Notes under the pieces: model-generated | What the model was told of the DNA's origin: nothing | The model's database searches: none | The model's input: the letters and a program-made list of their open reading frames with translations, nothing else | Source: Promethearchaeota archaeon | GTDB lineage: Archaea; Asgardarchaeota; Lokiarchaeia; Sigyniarchaeales; SOKP01 | DNA length: 64,000 nt | Reading direction: 5' to 3' | NCBI GenBank assembly: GCA_048940925.1 | Contig: JBHLOC010000001.1 | Coordinates: 1-64,000, forward strand | Translations under genes and position numbers: made by a program | In this document: positions 18,794 through 28,890 of the stretch, in pieces | Layout of the letters: every line of letters starts with the position of its first letter | Numbering within the stretch: the stretch's first letter is position 1

Positions 18794-20383
18794 TTATTTT
18801 GGTCCTAATTTTGAACCTTTTGCACTAATAATTCTGTCAATTCTTAGAATTAAATTAGCAAGTTCACTACCAGATTTAATAATATGATTAATAAGTTCTG
18901 CTGGTTCTACAATCCCTTTTTGAAAATTATCTTCAACTGTATTAGATATAGTATCGATACCAAACCATTTATCATTATCCGTTTTATGAACAGCTCTTAA
19001 TTCAGTAAGTTTTTCAATTTCCTCCAATCCCGCATTCTTTATTAAAGTCTTAGGAATTTCCTCAAGAGCCAGTGCAAAAGCTGAAACTGCGAGTTGCTCT
19101 TTTCCACCAATTTCATTAGCATAAGTTCTAATTCTTTTTGCCAGTTCAAGATAAATCGCACCTCCACCTGCTACAACTGTTTTAGTATCCATAATTTTTG
19201 CTATAACAGATAATACATCGTGCAAAGAAACTTCAGCTGTAGTTAAAATTTTATCAAGACCACCTTTAAGTAATATAGATACTGATTTTGGGTTTTTACA
19301 ACCAGAAAAAAGAGTATAATCGTCATCCCCGATTTTTTCAAATATTACTTTCTCAGCAAAACCTAAATCATCCTCACTTAAGGTTGTTAAATCATCAACG
19401 AGTTTGGCTCCTACAGCTTTTAAAATTGACTTATAGTCGGATTCACCGACACTTTTAATTGCTGCAATTCCTTCTCGGGCTAATAAGGCTCCAAATTTAT
19501 CGGAAATATCACTACTATTCACTATCATATTGACTCCTAAATTTTTAAAGACATCTAAATAATTTAATAGTATTTTTTCTTCTTGATCTATGAATTTTTG
19601 AATTTCTGATGGGCTTGAAATTCGAACTTGAGCATCAAACTCAGTTTTTTTCACATCGAGTTTTCTACGGATAACAGCTATCTTGGCATTCTTTACTAAA
19701 TCAGGCATCATGGCATTAACTTTGTCTTTTTGAATATAGACACCATTTATTAATTCTGACTCTTTTAGCGATTTACCAGGAGCTTTCACAATTTTAACGT
19801 TAGATATTTTCGAAAATGTATCTCCCTCATCATCAGCTATATGTTTTACTGCCTGTAATGCTAATTCTGCGAAAAATTCCTTTAATGGTGCAATATCTTT
19901 AGCATTCATTGCTGTTTTTGCTGCGTTTTTTAACACTTTATCATCTTCCTTAGAAATTTTCTCGGCTATATTTTTTATTATTTCTAGAGATTTATCAGCT
20001 GCTAATTTATATCCGTGTGTTATTGGTTTTGGATGAATATCCTGCTCTATTAAATCTAAAGCATTATTTAATAGAGCCGCAGAAAATAAAACTACAGATG
20101 TCGTTCCATCTCCTATTTCATCATCAATAGATTTGGCTACATTAACCATCATATTCGCTGCAATATTCTCAATATCCAAATTGGATAAAATTTCAGCTCC
20201 ATCATTAGTAATAGTGACATCTCCTAAAGAATCAACTAGCATCTTGGACATACCTTTTGGTCCTAAAGTCGACCGTACGGTCTCAGCAATGGCAACCATA
20301 GCTGAGATATTTTGCTTTCGTGCCTCTTTCTCACGAACTTCTTCTGTACCTTCCTTAAGAATTATTATTGGTACACCAGACAT
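18794..20383 (-). CDS. thermosome (group II chaperonin) subunit
   Basis: STLGPKGMSKMLV, TNDGA, GDGTTS and VAGGGA motifs. Start taken at MSGVP. Confidence 0.93.
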   Translation of the reverse strand: MSGVPIIILKEGTEEVREKEARKQNISAMVAIAETVRSTLGPKGMSKMLVDSLGDVTITNDGAEILSNLDIENIAANMMVNVAKSIDDEIGDGTTSVVLFSAALLNNALDLIEQDIHPKPITHGYKLAADKSLEIIKNIAEKISKEDDKVLKNAAKTAMNAKDIAPLKEFFAELALQAVKHIADDEGDTFSKISNVKIVKAPGKSLKESELINGVYIQKDKVNAMMPDLVKNAKIAVIRRKLDVKKTEFDAQVRISSPSEIQKFIDQEEKILLNYLDVFKNLGVNMIVNSSDISDKFGALLAREGIAAIKSVGESDYKSILKAVGAKLVDDLTTLSEDDLGFAEKVIFEKIGDDDYTLFSGCKNPKSVSILLKGGLDKILTTAEVSLHDVLSVIAKIMDTKTVVAGGGAIYLELAKRIRTYANEIGGKEQLAVSAFALALEEIPKTLIKNAGLEEIEKLTELRAVHKTDNDKWFGIDTISNTVEDNFQKGIVEPAELINHIIKSGSELANLILRIDRIISAKGSKLGPK

Positions 20384-20674
20384 ATTTATCACTTTATCTT
20401 TTAATTTTAGATCTAATTTTATATATATAGATCTCTAAGTCATAAAATTAAAAAAAGTTTTCTGAAATTTCCAATTGACCAAATGGTTTTATGATGTGAA
20501 CTTGAAGTTGATGAAATAATTATAATATAAATAAAAATAGATAATGTATTTTTTTTTGGCCTAGGATTCCCATATATAAATCAGGCACAAAGAATTTTGA
20601 TTCTGGGTATAAATAACAATTTTAAGGTTTTTTAAAAATCGACTTAATGAAAGTTTATATTAGATTCTTATAGC

Positions 20675-21133
20675 CTAAATCTCCACGAAAGAGCTATTTT
20701 TATATTCTTTAAGAATCATGTTGGAATTAGTTCGGGTTATATATTCCCTCTTATTTAATTCCCTGATGAAATTATGGACGTGTTCGCTCTCTTTAAAGCG
20801 ACAGATTAATGCTGCTGACTGTTCTCCAGTAGTATGGAAAATTGAACAAACTTCAGGTATATTCTTAATATCATTCAATATTTCCTCAGTGTGTTTTCCA
20901 TCACAATTAATTCGAATAAGGAATGTTAATTTGTATCCCAATTTTTCATTATTAATTCTTAATGTAAATCCTTCTATTATTCCTGTGTTTCTTAATTTTG
21001 AAATTCTGTTATGGATAGTTCCTATTGAGATTCCCAATTCTTCTTGAATTTTTCTATATGAAGTTCTTGCATCCTCTTGTAAGATTCTCAATATATCCTT
21101 ATCAATTTCATCGAGTTCCTTCTCCTTCTTCAC
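20675..21133 (-). CDS. Lrp/AsnC family transcriptional regulator
   Basis: LDEIDKDILRILQEDARTSYRKIQEELGISIGTIHNRI. Confidence 0.9.
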   Translation of the reverse strand: MKKEKELDEIDKDILRILQEDARTSYRKIQEELGISIGTIHNRISKLRNTGIIEGFTLRINNEKLGYKLTFLIRINCDGKHTEEILNDIKNIPEVCSIFHTTGEQSAALICRFKESEHVHNFIRELNKREYITRTNSNMILKEYKNSSFVEI

Positions 21134-21245
21134 TAAAATTCAACCCTTATGTAATTTATAATTATTTAATCAAATCAAAATCAATATATTTTATCTAAAG
21201 CACTATATAAAATTTTAGAAATTTTTAATTTTAATTGAAAATTGT

Positions 21246-21674
21246 TTAAATTTCATTTTTATATACTTCCTTTGGATCAAACATTTTTTCATAAATAATT
21301 TTTAATTCACCGTTTATAAATGAGGTGTAAAAACATGAATAATAACCTTTATGACAAGCACTTCCAATTTGGTTTACTTTTAAAAGAAGGGAGTCATTAT
21401 CACAATCAATATATACTGCTTTAATTTCTTGGAAATGTCCGCTAGTTTCTCCTTTTTTCCACACTTTTTCTCGTGATCTTGAGAAATAATGAGCGTATCC
21501 TGTTTCTAAAGATTTCTCAATTGCTTCTTTACTTGCAAATGCAAGCATTAAAACCTTGTTAGTTTTATAATCTTGTGTTATTACTGGTATTAAATTACCC
21601 TGAATTTTTGAGAAATTTAATTGGTTTAATATTATTTTAATTTCCTCTTTAGACAATTTTTTCATGTGTATCAA
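21246..21674 (-). CDS. hisI: phosphoribosyl-AMP cyclohydrolase
   Basis: FSRSR..WKKGETSG, DCDND and ACHKGYYSCF motifs. Confidence 0.92.
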   Translation of the reverse strand: MIHMKKLSKEEIKIILNQLNFSKIQGNLIPVITQDYKTNKVLMLAFASKEAIEKSLETGYAHYFSRSREKVWKKGETSGHFQEIKAVYIDCDNDSLLLKVNQIGSACHKGYYSCFYTSFINGELKIIYEKMFDPKEVYKNEI

Positions 21675-21721
21675 AATTTATTATTCTGGATATATTTTAA
21701 TTATTATCAAATGCTATTATC

Positions 21722-22834
21722 ATGGAAATTATTATGAGTGACAAATTAAGAATAGACCCATGGGGTGCTTCAGCTCTCGAAGATGAAGATTATTCAAGAT
21801 TGATAAAAGAATTCGGTATTGAAAAAATTGATGCTATAACTAGGGAGCAGTTTAAAAAAAATCGATTTATCCGTAGGAGAATCATCTTCGGTCACCGTGA
21901 TCTGAATTTAATTTACAAAGCTATAGAAAAAGGCCAACCATGGTCGGTGATGAGTGGGATTAAACCTTCTGGGGCATTTCACTTAGGAACATCAACTACA
22001 GCATTAGAGATTGTCGAATTTCAGAGAATGGGAGGAAAAGTTTATTATGGAATTGCTGATATAGAGTCATGGGAGGACAATGGTATACCATGGGAAGATG
22101 CAGAAGAAACTGCTGTAGATAATATTGCTGATATATTAGCTTTTGGTTTGGACCCATCTCCAGAAAAGGCTTATATTTGGAGACAATCAAAAGAACCGAT
22201 TGTTAAAGATGTTTGTTTTAAAGTAAGTAGATTAGTTACCCAGAACATGCTAAATGCTATTTATGGAGAACGAACATTTGGGCTTTATATTTCATCTTTA
22301 ATTCAAGTAGGGGATATTTTGATTCCGCAAGTGATGGAAGGCCCTCAACCAACTATAGTGCCAGTAGGAATTGATCAAGATCCCCATATTCGCCTTACTA
22401 GAGATTTAACACGCAGAAATTATAAGAAATTTTTCTTACCAGGTGCTACTTATCATTATTTATTAGCGGGAATTGATGGTTCAGAAAAAATGGCTAAACG
22501 AAATCCAAATAGTTATTTTACATTCAATGAACCACTTGAATCTATAGAAAAGAAAGTTCAAGGAGCACTTACAGGCGGAAGAAGAAATTTGAAAGAGCAG
22601 AAAGAATTGGGTGGAGAACCTCAAAAATGCATGATATATAAAATGCTTATGTATCATTTTGAAGAGAATGATGAGAACTTAGCAAAAGACTTCGAAATGT
22701 GTATTAAAGGTGAATTAATGTGTGGAGAGCATAAAGACCAATGCGTAGAAAAGGTATTACATTATATAAAACAACATCAAAAGAAAAAAGAAAAACTTAT
22801 AGATAAAGCTCAAGAGTTATTATTTATTGACTAA
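21722..22834 (+). CDS. trpS: tryptophanyl-tRNA synthetase (archaeal type)
   Basis: IDPWG, SGIKPSGAFHLG, VPVGIDQDPH and KMAK (KMSKS-like) motifs. Confidence 0.92.
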   Translation: MEIIMSDKLRIDPWGASALEDEDYSRLIKEFGIEKIDAITREQFKKNRFIRRRIIFGHRDLNLIYKAIEKGQPWSVMSGIKPSGAFHLGTSTTALEIVEFQRMGGKVYYGIADIESWEDNGIPWEDAEETAVDNIADILAFGLDPSPEKAYIWRQSKEPIVKDVCFKVSRLVTQNMLNAIYGERTFGLYISSLIQVGDILIPQVMEGPQPTIVPVGIDQDPHIRLTRDLTRRNYKKFFLPGATYHYLLAGIDGSEKMAKRNPNSYFTFNEPLESIEKKVQGALTGGRRNLKEQKELGGEPQKCMIYKMLMYHFEENDENLAKDFEMCIKGELMCGEHKDQCVEKVLHYIKQHQKKKEKLIDKAQELLFID

Positions 22835-22842
22835 TTATAGTT

Positions 22843-23760
22843 TTATATTAATTGGTTTAAAATTTCTGTTAAATCTTCAATAAAATCTGGAAATTTATCT
22901 AAAAAAGCCTCTTTATTTTTAGTAACTACTGATATAAAAAATGATTCTGTGCCTATATTCTTTCTATGTAAGTAGGAGAAAAGTTTTTCTTCAAAAGACG
23001 AAATATTATGATCATATTCATAAGATTCCTCTTCCATCCTTTTAAGTAAGAAGAGATGCTCTCTAATTGATTCCAGTAGTTCAACGTAAATTTCTGGTTC
23101 AATATCACTATAGTATTCAGAAATAATAATACCATTGCGATCAAATACAATAAGTGCTTGGGACTGAAACTCCTCTAAATATTTTTCGAACAATTCTGAT
23201 AGCTCAAAAAATTTTTCATCGAACACAGAAAGACCATATGAGACCAATTGGACAATTGAAACGATATCATAAATAGAGGATTCCTGAAATAAGATTTTAA
23301 ATTCAGGATATTTATCTAGTATTATCTCTTTTAACTTTCTTGTATTTGCTATAATCTCTTCATCACCCCTCAAATTCGGGTCATATTTATGGAGGGCAAT
23401 GATAATTGGAACATCCATCTGACTATCTGAAAAGAAAGTTAAAATTGCATCTAAATATTCAAGAGAATTCTCAAACCTCTCGGGATCTTGAATATCAATA
23501 ACGTAGATAAGTAGGTCAGTAGAGTCGAAATAAACATCTTGATTTTTCATATAAATCTCTCGATATTGATCTTGCCCTCCCATATCCCAGAAAACACAAT
23601 TATTTCTTAAGAAATTCATCTTATGGTATTCTACCCTTATGGTAGGTTTGAGTTGAACAATATCCTTCGCAAAATCATATTTCTTATCTAAAGCTGTTAA
23701 GATTGATGTTTTTCCTGCGTTGTCCAATCCACTTACGATAATTTTTAAAAATCTTTCCAT
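22843..23760 (-). CDS. Arf/Rag-like GTPase with a C-terminal roadblock/longin-like domain
   Basis: GLDNAGKTS, WDMGGQ, HKYD and SSIYD (the last two Rag/Gtr-like); C-terminal IVFDRNGIIISEY. Confidence 0.85.
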   Translation of the reverse strand: MERFLKIIVSGLDNAGKTSILTALDKKYDFAKDIVQLKPTIRVEYHKMNFLRNNCVFWDMGGQDQYREIYMKNQDVYFDSTDLLIYVIDIQDPERFENSLEYLDAILTFFSDSQMDVPIIIALHKYDPNLRGDEEIIANTRKLKEIILDKYPEFKILFQESSIYDIVSIVQLVSYGLSVFDEKFFELSELFEKYLEEFQSQALIVFDRNGIIISEYYSDIEPEIYVELLESIREHLFLLKRMEEESYEYDHNISSFEEKLFSYLHRKNIGTESFFISVVTKNKEAFLDKFPDFIEDLTEILNQLI

Positions 23761-24069
23761 AAAAATCGGCTCACATTTGTAATAGCTAATTTTTCAATTT
23801 AATAAAATAATAGATTTAAATACTTTTAAATCCCATTGAATGCATTTTTTGAGTGTTTCGAAAGGACAATCTTATAATTTGATATATTGTCTGTTATAAT
23901 ATTGAGGTATTTTCTTAATATTATTCATATATCTCTAAATTCGTGTTTTTATAAGAATCTACTTAAAGAATGCTGATTTTAAAGCTTTTTAAATGATATT
24001 TATATGATATTTATATTTTTTAAAGCAATTATGGTGATTTTACTCAATGATATAATTTTTAAGAAATAG

Positions 24070-24312
24070 GTGAAGATATTGATTGAAATTGAGAATAAGT
24101 TTTTAGAAAATTTAGAGTATCAAATTGGCTTAAAAGAAAATTCGTATAAAAATTTTAAGAAAATTCCTGTTTTCGCTGAGCAATTGAAACAACTTGATGA
24201 ATCAGTTATAAACCTAAAAGAAAAATTAGATAAAATTCGGCTTCGCGATAAGTATCATATAATAATTACGGAATTGGAAGATCTCATTAATCAAACTAAG
24301 AAAAAAGATTAA
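24070..24312 (+). CDS. small coiled-coil hypothetical protein
   Basis: 80-aa helical, charged ORF filling an intergenic gap. Confidence 0.55.
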   Translation: MKILIEIENKFLENLEYQIGLKENSYKNFKKIPVFAEQLKQLDESVINLKEKLDKIRLRDKYHIIITELEDLINQTKKKD

Positions 24313-24345
24313 TTAATTGTTTTTTTAAATTTATTTATTTTTCAT

Positions 24346-24768
24346 TTACTCCCCTAGAATAGTGCAATAAATAGTCCTATGTCTTCCTTTTTCATCACAT
24401 TCGATGAAAATTATCTGTTGCCATGTTCCATGTATTAATTTTTGATCTTTAAATGGGAAAGTCTGTGAAGTTTTAATAAGAAAACTTCTTAAATGACCAG
24501 CCCCATTGTAATCATGCCAAGTTTTATGGTGTGCATAATCTTTATTGTAAGGGATTAGTTTTTCTAAAAGTTCTTTAATGTCATGCTGAACTAATCCAGG
24601 TTCATACTCTATAGTCGATATTGCTCCTGTTGATCCTGCAACATGAACATTTACAATTCCATTATTAAGACCACTTTCAGATATAGAGTGTTGAACTTTA
24701 TCAGTTATATTAATTAGGTCACAATAAGCTTTAGATCTTAGTTCAAATGTTTTAAAAACTACTGTCAT
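24346..24768 (-). CDS. yjbQ: YjbQ/UPF0047 family protein
   Basis: GSTGAI...E.GL, NGAGHLRS and GTWQQIIFIE.D motifs. Confidence 0.88.
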   Translation of the reverse strand: MTVVFKTFELRSKAYCDLINITDKVQHSISESGLNNGIVNVHVAGSTGAISTIEYEPGLVQHDIKELLEKLIPYNKDYAHHKTWHDYNGAGHLRSFLIKTSQTFPFKDQKLIHGTWQQIIFIECDEKGRHRTIYCTILGE

Positions 24769-25802
24769 TTGAATTTCTTATTTTTTTCACATTTATTAAG
24801 TTTATTAATCTGCTTTATAATTGATTTAGGTAAAATATTTTCATTTCCTTCTTTTAAAGCAAAAATTTTAGCTAAAATCAGAAGTTCGATTTGGCTGAAT
24901 CCATTGATATTAGTCCAACCAATTGATTCTCTTGCTTCAATACAAATGAAATAAGGAGCTTTTCTGTATTTAATGCACTTTTTATCATTACAGGTCTCAC
25001 AAACCTTAGGAAAATAATAAACATTACCATTTTTAAGATATAATGAAAAAGTACCAAAGGCTTTATTTCTTATTTTGACCCAATTAATAGGTTCATAAAT
25101 CCCTAAATTAGATTTTTCAATATATTTTATTAATAATTCACTATCAACCTTTTTCGGAGTTTTAAATCTAGTAGTCTCTGGCTCATAATAATCATTGCAT
25201 TGATCGTGTATTATAGAATTACGGAATAAAAAATTATGAGAGATGAAGTCTATAAGACAATTATTCTCTGATTCTTTATCATAAGCTTTTTTCATAAAAA
25301 TATGTGATATTTGGTTTAAAATCTCTGTTGGATCATTAATTTCATTAATTTCAATATGAGTAGTATCAAAAAAATCTCTAAATTCTTCATTCTTAAAATA
25401 AAGTTCAATAATTTCGTCTTGCGATATTTTTTCTAAAATCACACAGAAAATTATGGTTACTTCAGGCAATCTTGATTGTATTTCGTTTAAATATTGTATA
25501 ATTTGAATGAGTTTTGTTTCTGATATTAAAATAATGATTCCATCAGCGCCATTGTAAAAAACTGTGCGTAAATAAGCTCTTTGTTGTCTACAATCAATGT
25601 TCCATAAAATAAATTCAAATTTATTATTTGATTTGTATAAAAATTCAATTTTACTAATATTTACACCAATATTTTGCTTATTTTTTATTGGCAAACAATT
25701 TGAGCTTAAAGTTTTTTGAAGCTCATCCTTATAAGTTTCCATCCCTCCTAAAATAGCAATTTTCTTTTTGAAATAATATTCTAGAGTTTCGAGAGAGTTC
25801 AA
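24765..25802 (-). CDS. Ras/Rab-like pseudo-GTPase with a Cys-containing C-terminal domain
   Basis: NIGVNISKI, FILWNID, VFYNGADGIII follow the Rab fold pattern, but GKT, DxxG and NKxD are all degenerate. CETCNDKKC near the C-terminus. Confidence 0.65.
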   Translation of the reverse strand: MNSLETLEYYFKKKIAILGGMETYKDELQKTLSSNCLPIKNKQNIGVNISKIEFLYKSNNKFEFILWNIDCRQQRAYLRTVFYNGADGIIILISETKLIQIIQYLNEIQSRLPEVTIIFCVILEKISQDEIIELYFKNEEFRDFFDTTHIEINEINDPTEILNQISHIFMKKAYDKESENNCLIDFISHNFLFRNSIIHDQCNDYYEPETTRFKTPKKVDSELLIKYIEKSNLGIYEPINWVKIRNKAFGTFSLYLKNGNVYYFPKVCETCNDKKCIKYRKAPYFICIEARESIGWTNINGFSQIELLILAKIFALKEGNENILPKSIIKQINKLNKCEKNKKFK

Positions 25803-25917
25803 CTTACTTTCCTCATGGGAGTAATGAATTTAAGCTTAACTATTAAATAATAAATTTATTTATGAATTTTAATTTATTCTTTTTAATGCATATTTGTTTT
25901 TAACTTTTTGAAGTTTT

Positions 25918-26340
25918 ATGAATGAAAAATTAAAATCTTTTTATAAAAAGATACATGATTCGAAGAATAAGATTCCTTTATATGCTACGATAATTGTCAA
26001 ACCAGGAAAGAAACTCCTTGATTTTAAAATCAAAAAGGAGGACGCAAATATACTAAAAGTGATAGCTCATGATGAAAAATCAGTTGGTTGGTTCTTACAC
26101 TCTGTTCATATACCAATTAAGAATTTAGGTTTATCTCCAGAATCAAAAGATAAAGAAATACTAGAATATTTATCTGACCCGAATAAAATCACCAGTAGTA
26201 AAGAAACAAAGCAATATTTAGAAGATATAATAAGAAAGTATGCAGAAATTTTACCAGAGAAAAAGAGATATTTTTTTAAAACTGAACGATTCAAGAAAAA
26301 GAAGGAATTTAAAGTAGGGGCGCAATATAAAGGTTTTTAA
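25918..26340 (+). CDS. hypothetical basic protein
   Basis: 140-aa ORF with no recognised motif. Confidence 0.6.
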   Translation: MNEKLKSFYKKIHDSKNKIPLYATIIVKPGKKLLDFKIKKEDANILKVIAHDEKSVGWFLHSVHIPIKNLGLSPESKDKEILEYLSDPNKITSSKETKQYLEDIIRKYAEILPEKKRYFFKTERFKKKKEFKVGAQYKGF

Positions 26341-26673
26341 CTATTTTATCCTACAACCAGGAGGGATTGGTTTTCTTTCATCAATTTTTAATAAAAATGG
26401 CTCATTATTATAATCAGCAGCTAATAGCATTCCCTGACTTTCTATTCCCATGAATTTACGAGGTTTTAAATTAGTTAATACAACAATTTTTTTACCAATC
26501 AAATCTTCTGGCTGATAATATTGAGATATACCTGATACAATTTGTCTTAGATTATTTTTTCCGCAGTCCACCATCATTTTATATAAATTATTTGATTTAG
26601 GGATTGTTTCACATTTCTTTACTAAACCAACTCTTATATCTAATTTTAAAAATTCTCGAAAGTCAATATCTAT
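26341..26673 (-). CDS. stand-alone tRNA-binding OB-fold protein (Trbp111/CsaA/MetRS C-terminal-like); extended to an ATA start
   Basis: The extension adds the conserved IDFREFLKLDIRVG N-terminus. RQIVSGI and NLKPRKFMGIESQGMLL are present. GGTGA lies 6 nt before the ATA. Confidence 0.85.
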   Translation of the reverse strand: MDIDFREFLKLDIRVGLVKKCETIPKSNNLYKMMVDCGKNNLRQIVSGISQYYQPEDLIGKKIVVLTNLKPRKFMGIESQGMLLAADYNNEPFLLKIDERKPIPPGCRIK

Positions 26674-26679
26674 GGTATT

Positions 26680-27558
26680 TCACCCCCTTAAAGGCATTCC
26701 TTCCATACTAATTGTTTGTTTTACTTTTGGCTTTTTTTCTCTATATGGGTTTTCAGTATCTTTGACTTTTCTTCCAAATGTTAAATACCCCGTATGACCG
26801 ATCATTCTTACTTCAGGTCGAGTTGCATTCTTTCTAACTTGAATTCTTCTTTTTATTAATTCAAATGTACTTACTTCAATAAAATCATTTTCTCTCATTT
26901 TAAATGTTGTTTTCTTCACTTGCTCAATGGTCGGAGAAAATGAAAAAAGGGTTCCACTTAACTTTAAGTAGTTTTTAACTTTTTTAATGGAATTCCAAGG
27001 TTGAGCAATATCTAAAACAACAGAATCTACATCAGTTTGATTCAATGTATCATTAATAATATCTGCTGATTTTATAGTCACAAATTCTTCAAGTTTTGCT
27101 CTTTCAATATTTTTTTTAGCTCTTTTTATTGATTTTTTACGGTTATCATATGAATATATATGCCCATTTGGACGAACATAATTCCCTAGAATACATGTCA
27201 GAGCTCCAGAACCACATCCAGCTTCAATAACCATGCTTCCGGGACCAATACCTGAGTAGAGTAAAATCATTCCAGCATCTTCAGGATAAATTATCTGAGT
27301 TTTACGAGTCATATGGATTATGTAATCAGAAGGTAATGGTTTTAACACATAAAATTTATAACCTTGATTTTCAAATGGTTTTGAAAAAATCACAGTCCCA
27401 AATTCTTTCCCTATAATATCATCAAATTCAATTACTCCTTTATGTGTATGGAATGTACCTCCAGATTGACACTGCACTAACCATCTCCTCCTATCATCAA
27501 GTACTAAAAAAATTAGATCATTTTCCTTTATTAGTTCAGGTGTCATGTTTAAATTCAT
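26680..27558 (-). CDS. trmI: tRNA (adenine-N1)-methyltransferase TrmI/GCD14
   Basis: FHTHKG, RKTQIIYPED, EAGCGSGAL, LDIAQPW and HTGYL motifs. Confidence 0.9.
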   Translation of the reverse strand: MNLNMTPELIKENDLIFLVLDDRRRWLVQCQSGGTFHTHKGVIEFDDIIGKEFGTVIFSKPFENQGYKFYVLKPLPSDYIIHMTRKTQIIYPEDAGMILLYSGIGPGSMVIEAGCGSGALTCILGNYVRPNGHIYSYDNRKKSIKRAKKNIERAKLEEFVTIKSADIINDTLNQTDVDSVVLDIAQPWNSIKKVKNYLKLSGTLFSFSPTIEQVKKTTFKMRENDFIEVSTFELIKRRIQVRKNATRPEVRMIGHTGYLTFGRKVKDTENPYREKKPKVKQTISMEGMPLRG

Positions 27559-27718
27559 TCTTTATTTATTCTAAAAATGATAAATTTTTAATTTTTAATC
27601 AGTAGCTTAACTTTTATTTCTGATTTATTTACATAAAATATATAAAAAATATTCAATGTATTTACTTAAACACTTTTTAAAAAATCTTTTTATTAAATAC
27701 TCTTTAATGAATTAATTT

Positions 27719-28618
27719 ATGAGTAAAAACAAACCTATTACCTCTCAAAAATCTCTTAGGGACCTTCAACTCATAATCGATGATATTCGTAAGAAACGAG
27801 ATGACTTAAATGCAAAAACAAAGGAATATATCAATAAATTACAAGAAAATGATACTGAAATTAATAATTTATTAAAAATAGCTAAAGAAAAATATAAAAA
27901 GAGACGAGATTATTGGAATAATAAAGTAAAACAATTAAAAGATAAAAAAATTGAATACAAAACCTTACTAGAAAATTTAATAGAAGAAAGAAAGTCAATT
28001 GAAAAGAAAACTAAGAAACCAAATAAAATTATTTCGATTAAGCAAATTGAACGGAAAATAGATAATTTAGAAAGAAGAATAGAAATTGAAAATCTAGATA
28101 TCTCAGAAGAAAACGCTCTTATAGATAAGATTAAAGAATTAGCAAAAATAAAACAAGATTATTTTGCAGAGCAACAGAACAGTGATCTTTTTAGGATTGA
28201 AAGAAAAAGTGAGATAGTTAAAATTAATCTTAATAAAATTTATGAGCAATTAAATAAATGGTCAAATAAATCTCAAGAATATCATGCTAAAATGTTAGAA
28301 ACCTTTCAAAAAGTAGATCAACTTAAAGAAAATAAAATAATAATGGAAGAAGAATTGATTGAAAATAAGAAATCCGCAGACCGATATCATGAACAATATT
28401 TAAATTTAATGAATCAAAGGAAGAAACTTTCTAGAGGAAAAAAACCATACAGGCCTAGTAGAAAACCTTCTACGAAGTTGAGTCAAATAAGTAAGAGAAG
28501 TGAATTATTAGAAAAAATTAAACAAGATAAATTGGCAACAGCTTTAGAAAAACAAAAAGCCGGTAAAAAATTAAATTTATTTGAAGCTCGTTTAATTTTA
28601 GAAAAATCTAAAGAATAA
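27719..28618 (+). CDS. archaeal coiled-coil protein (COG1340-like)
   Basis: Heptad-rich sequence with KRDDLN, SQEYHAKM and GKKLNLFE motifs. Confidence 0.7.
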   Translation: MSKNKPITSQKSLRDLQLIIDDIRKKRDDLNAKTKEYINKLQENDTEINNLLKIAKEKYKKRRDYWNNKVKQLKDKKIEYKTLLENLIEERKSIEKKTKKPNKIISIKQIERKIDNLERRIEIENLDISEENALIDKIKELAKIKQDYFAEQQNSDLFRIERKSEIVKINLNKIYEQLNKWSNKSQEYHAKMLETFQKVDQLKENKIIMEEELIENKKSADRYHEQYLNLMNQRKKLSRGKKPYRPSRKPSTKLSQISKRSELLEKIKQDKLATALEKQKAGKKLNLFEARLILEKSKE

Positions 28619-28890
28619 CTTATTAGAAAATAGGTTCTTATTTATCTTGAAATTTAATGGTAATCTAGTTATCTGATAGCCTGTAATATTAATATGTAAT
28701 AAGATTTAACTCTTATTTTGTTTCACTTTTCAAATATTTCCTTACTCTCTAAATCATGTAAATCTAATAAGAGTTTCAGTACATCTTACTGTTTTTTATT
28801 AAATAAATTTAGAGGCTGACAAAGATTTAAAAAAATTGAAGAGTTATTATTTTATTAACGTTTAATCTAAAAGTTAAAGAATGATATAAA

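Noticed and set aside
20440-20670. Possible tRNA or ncRNA in the intergenic region upstream of the thermosome gene
   Set aside because: No cloverleaf, T-loop motif or GC-rich stem was found by eye; a covariance-model search would be needed.
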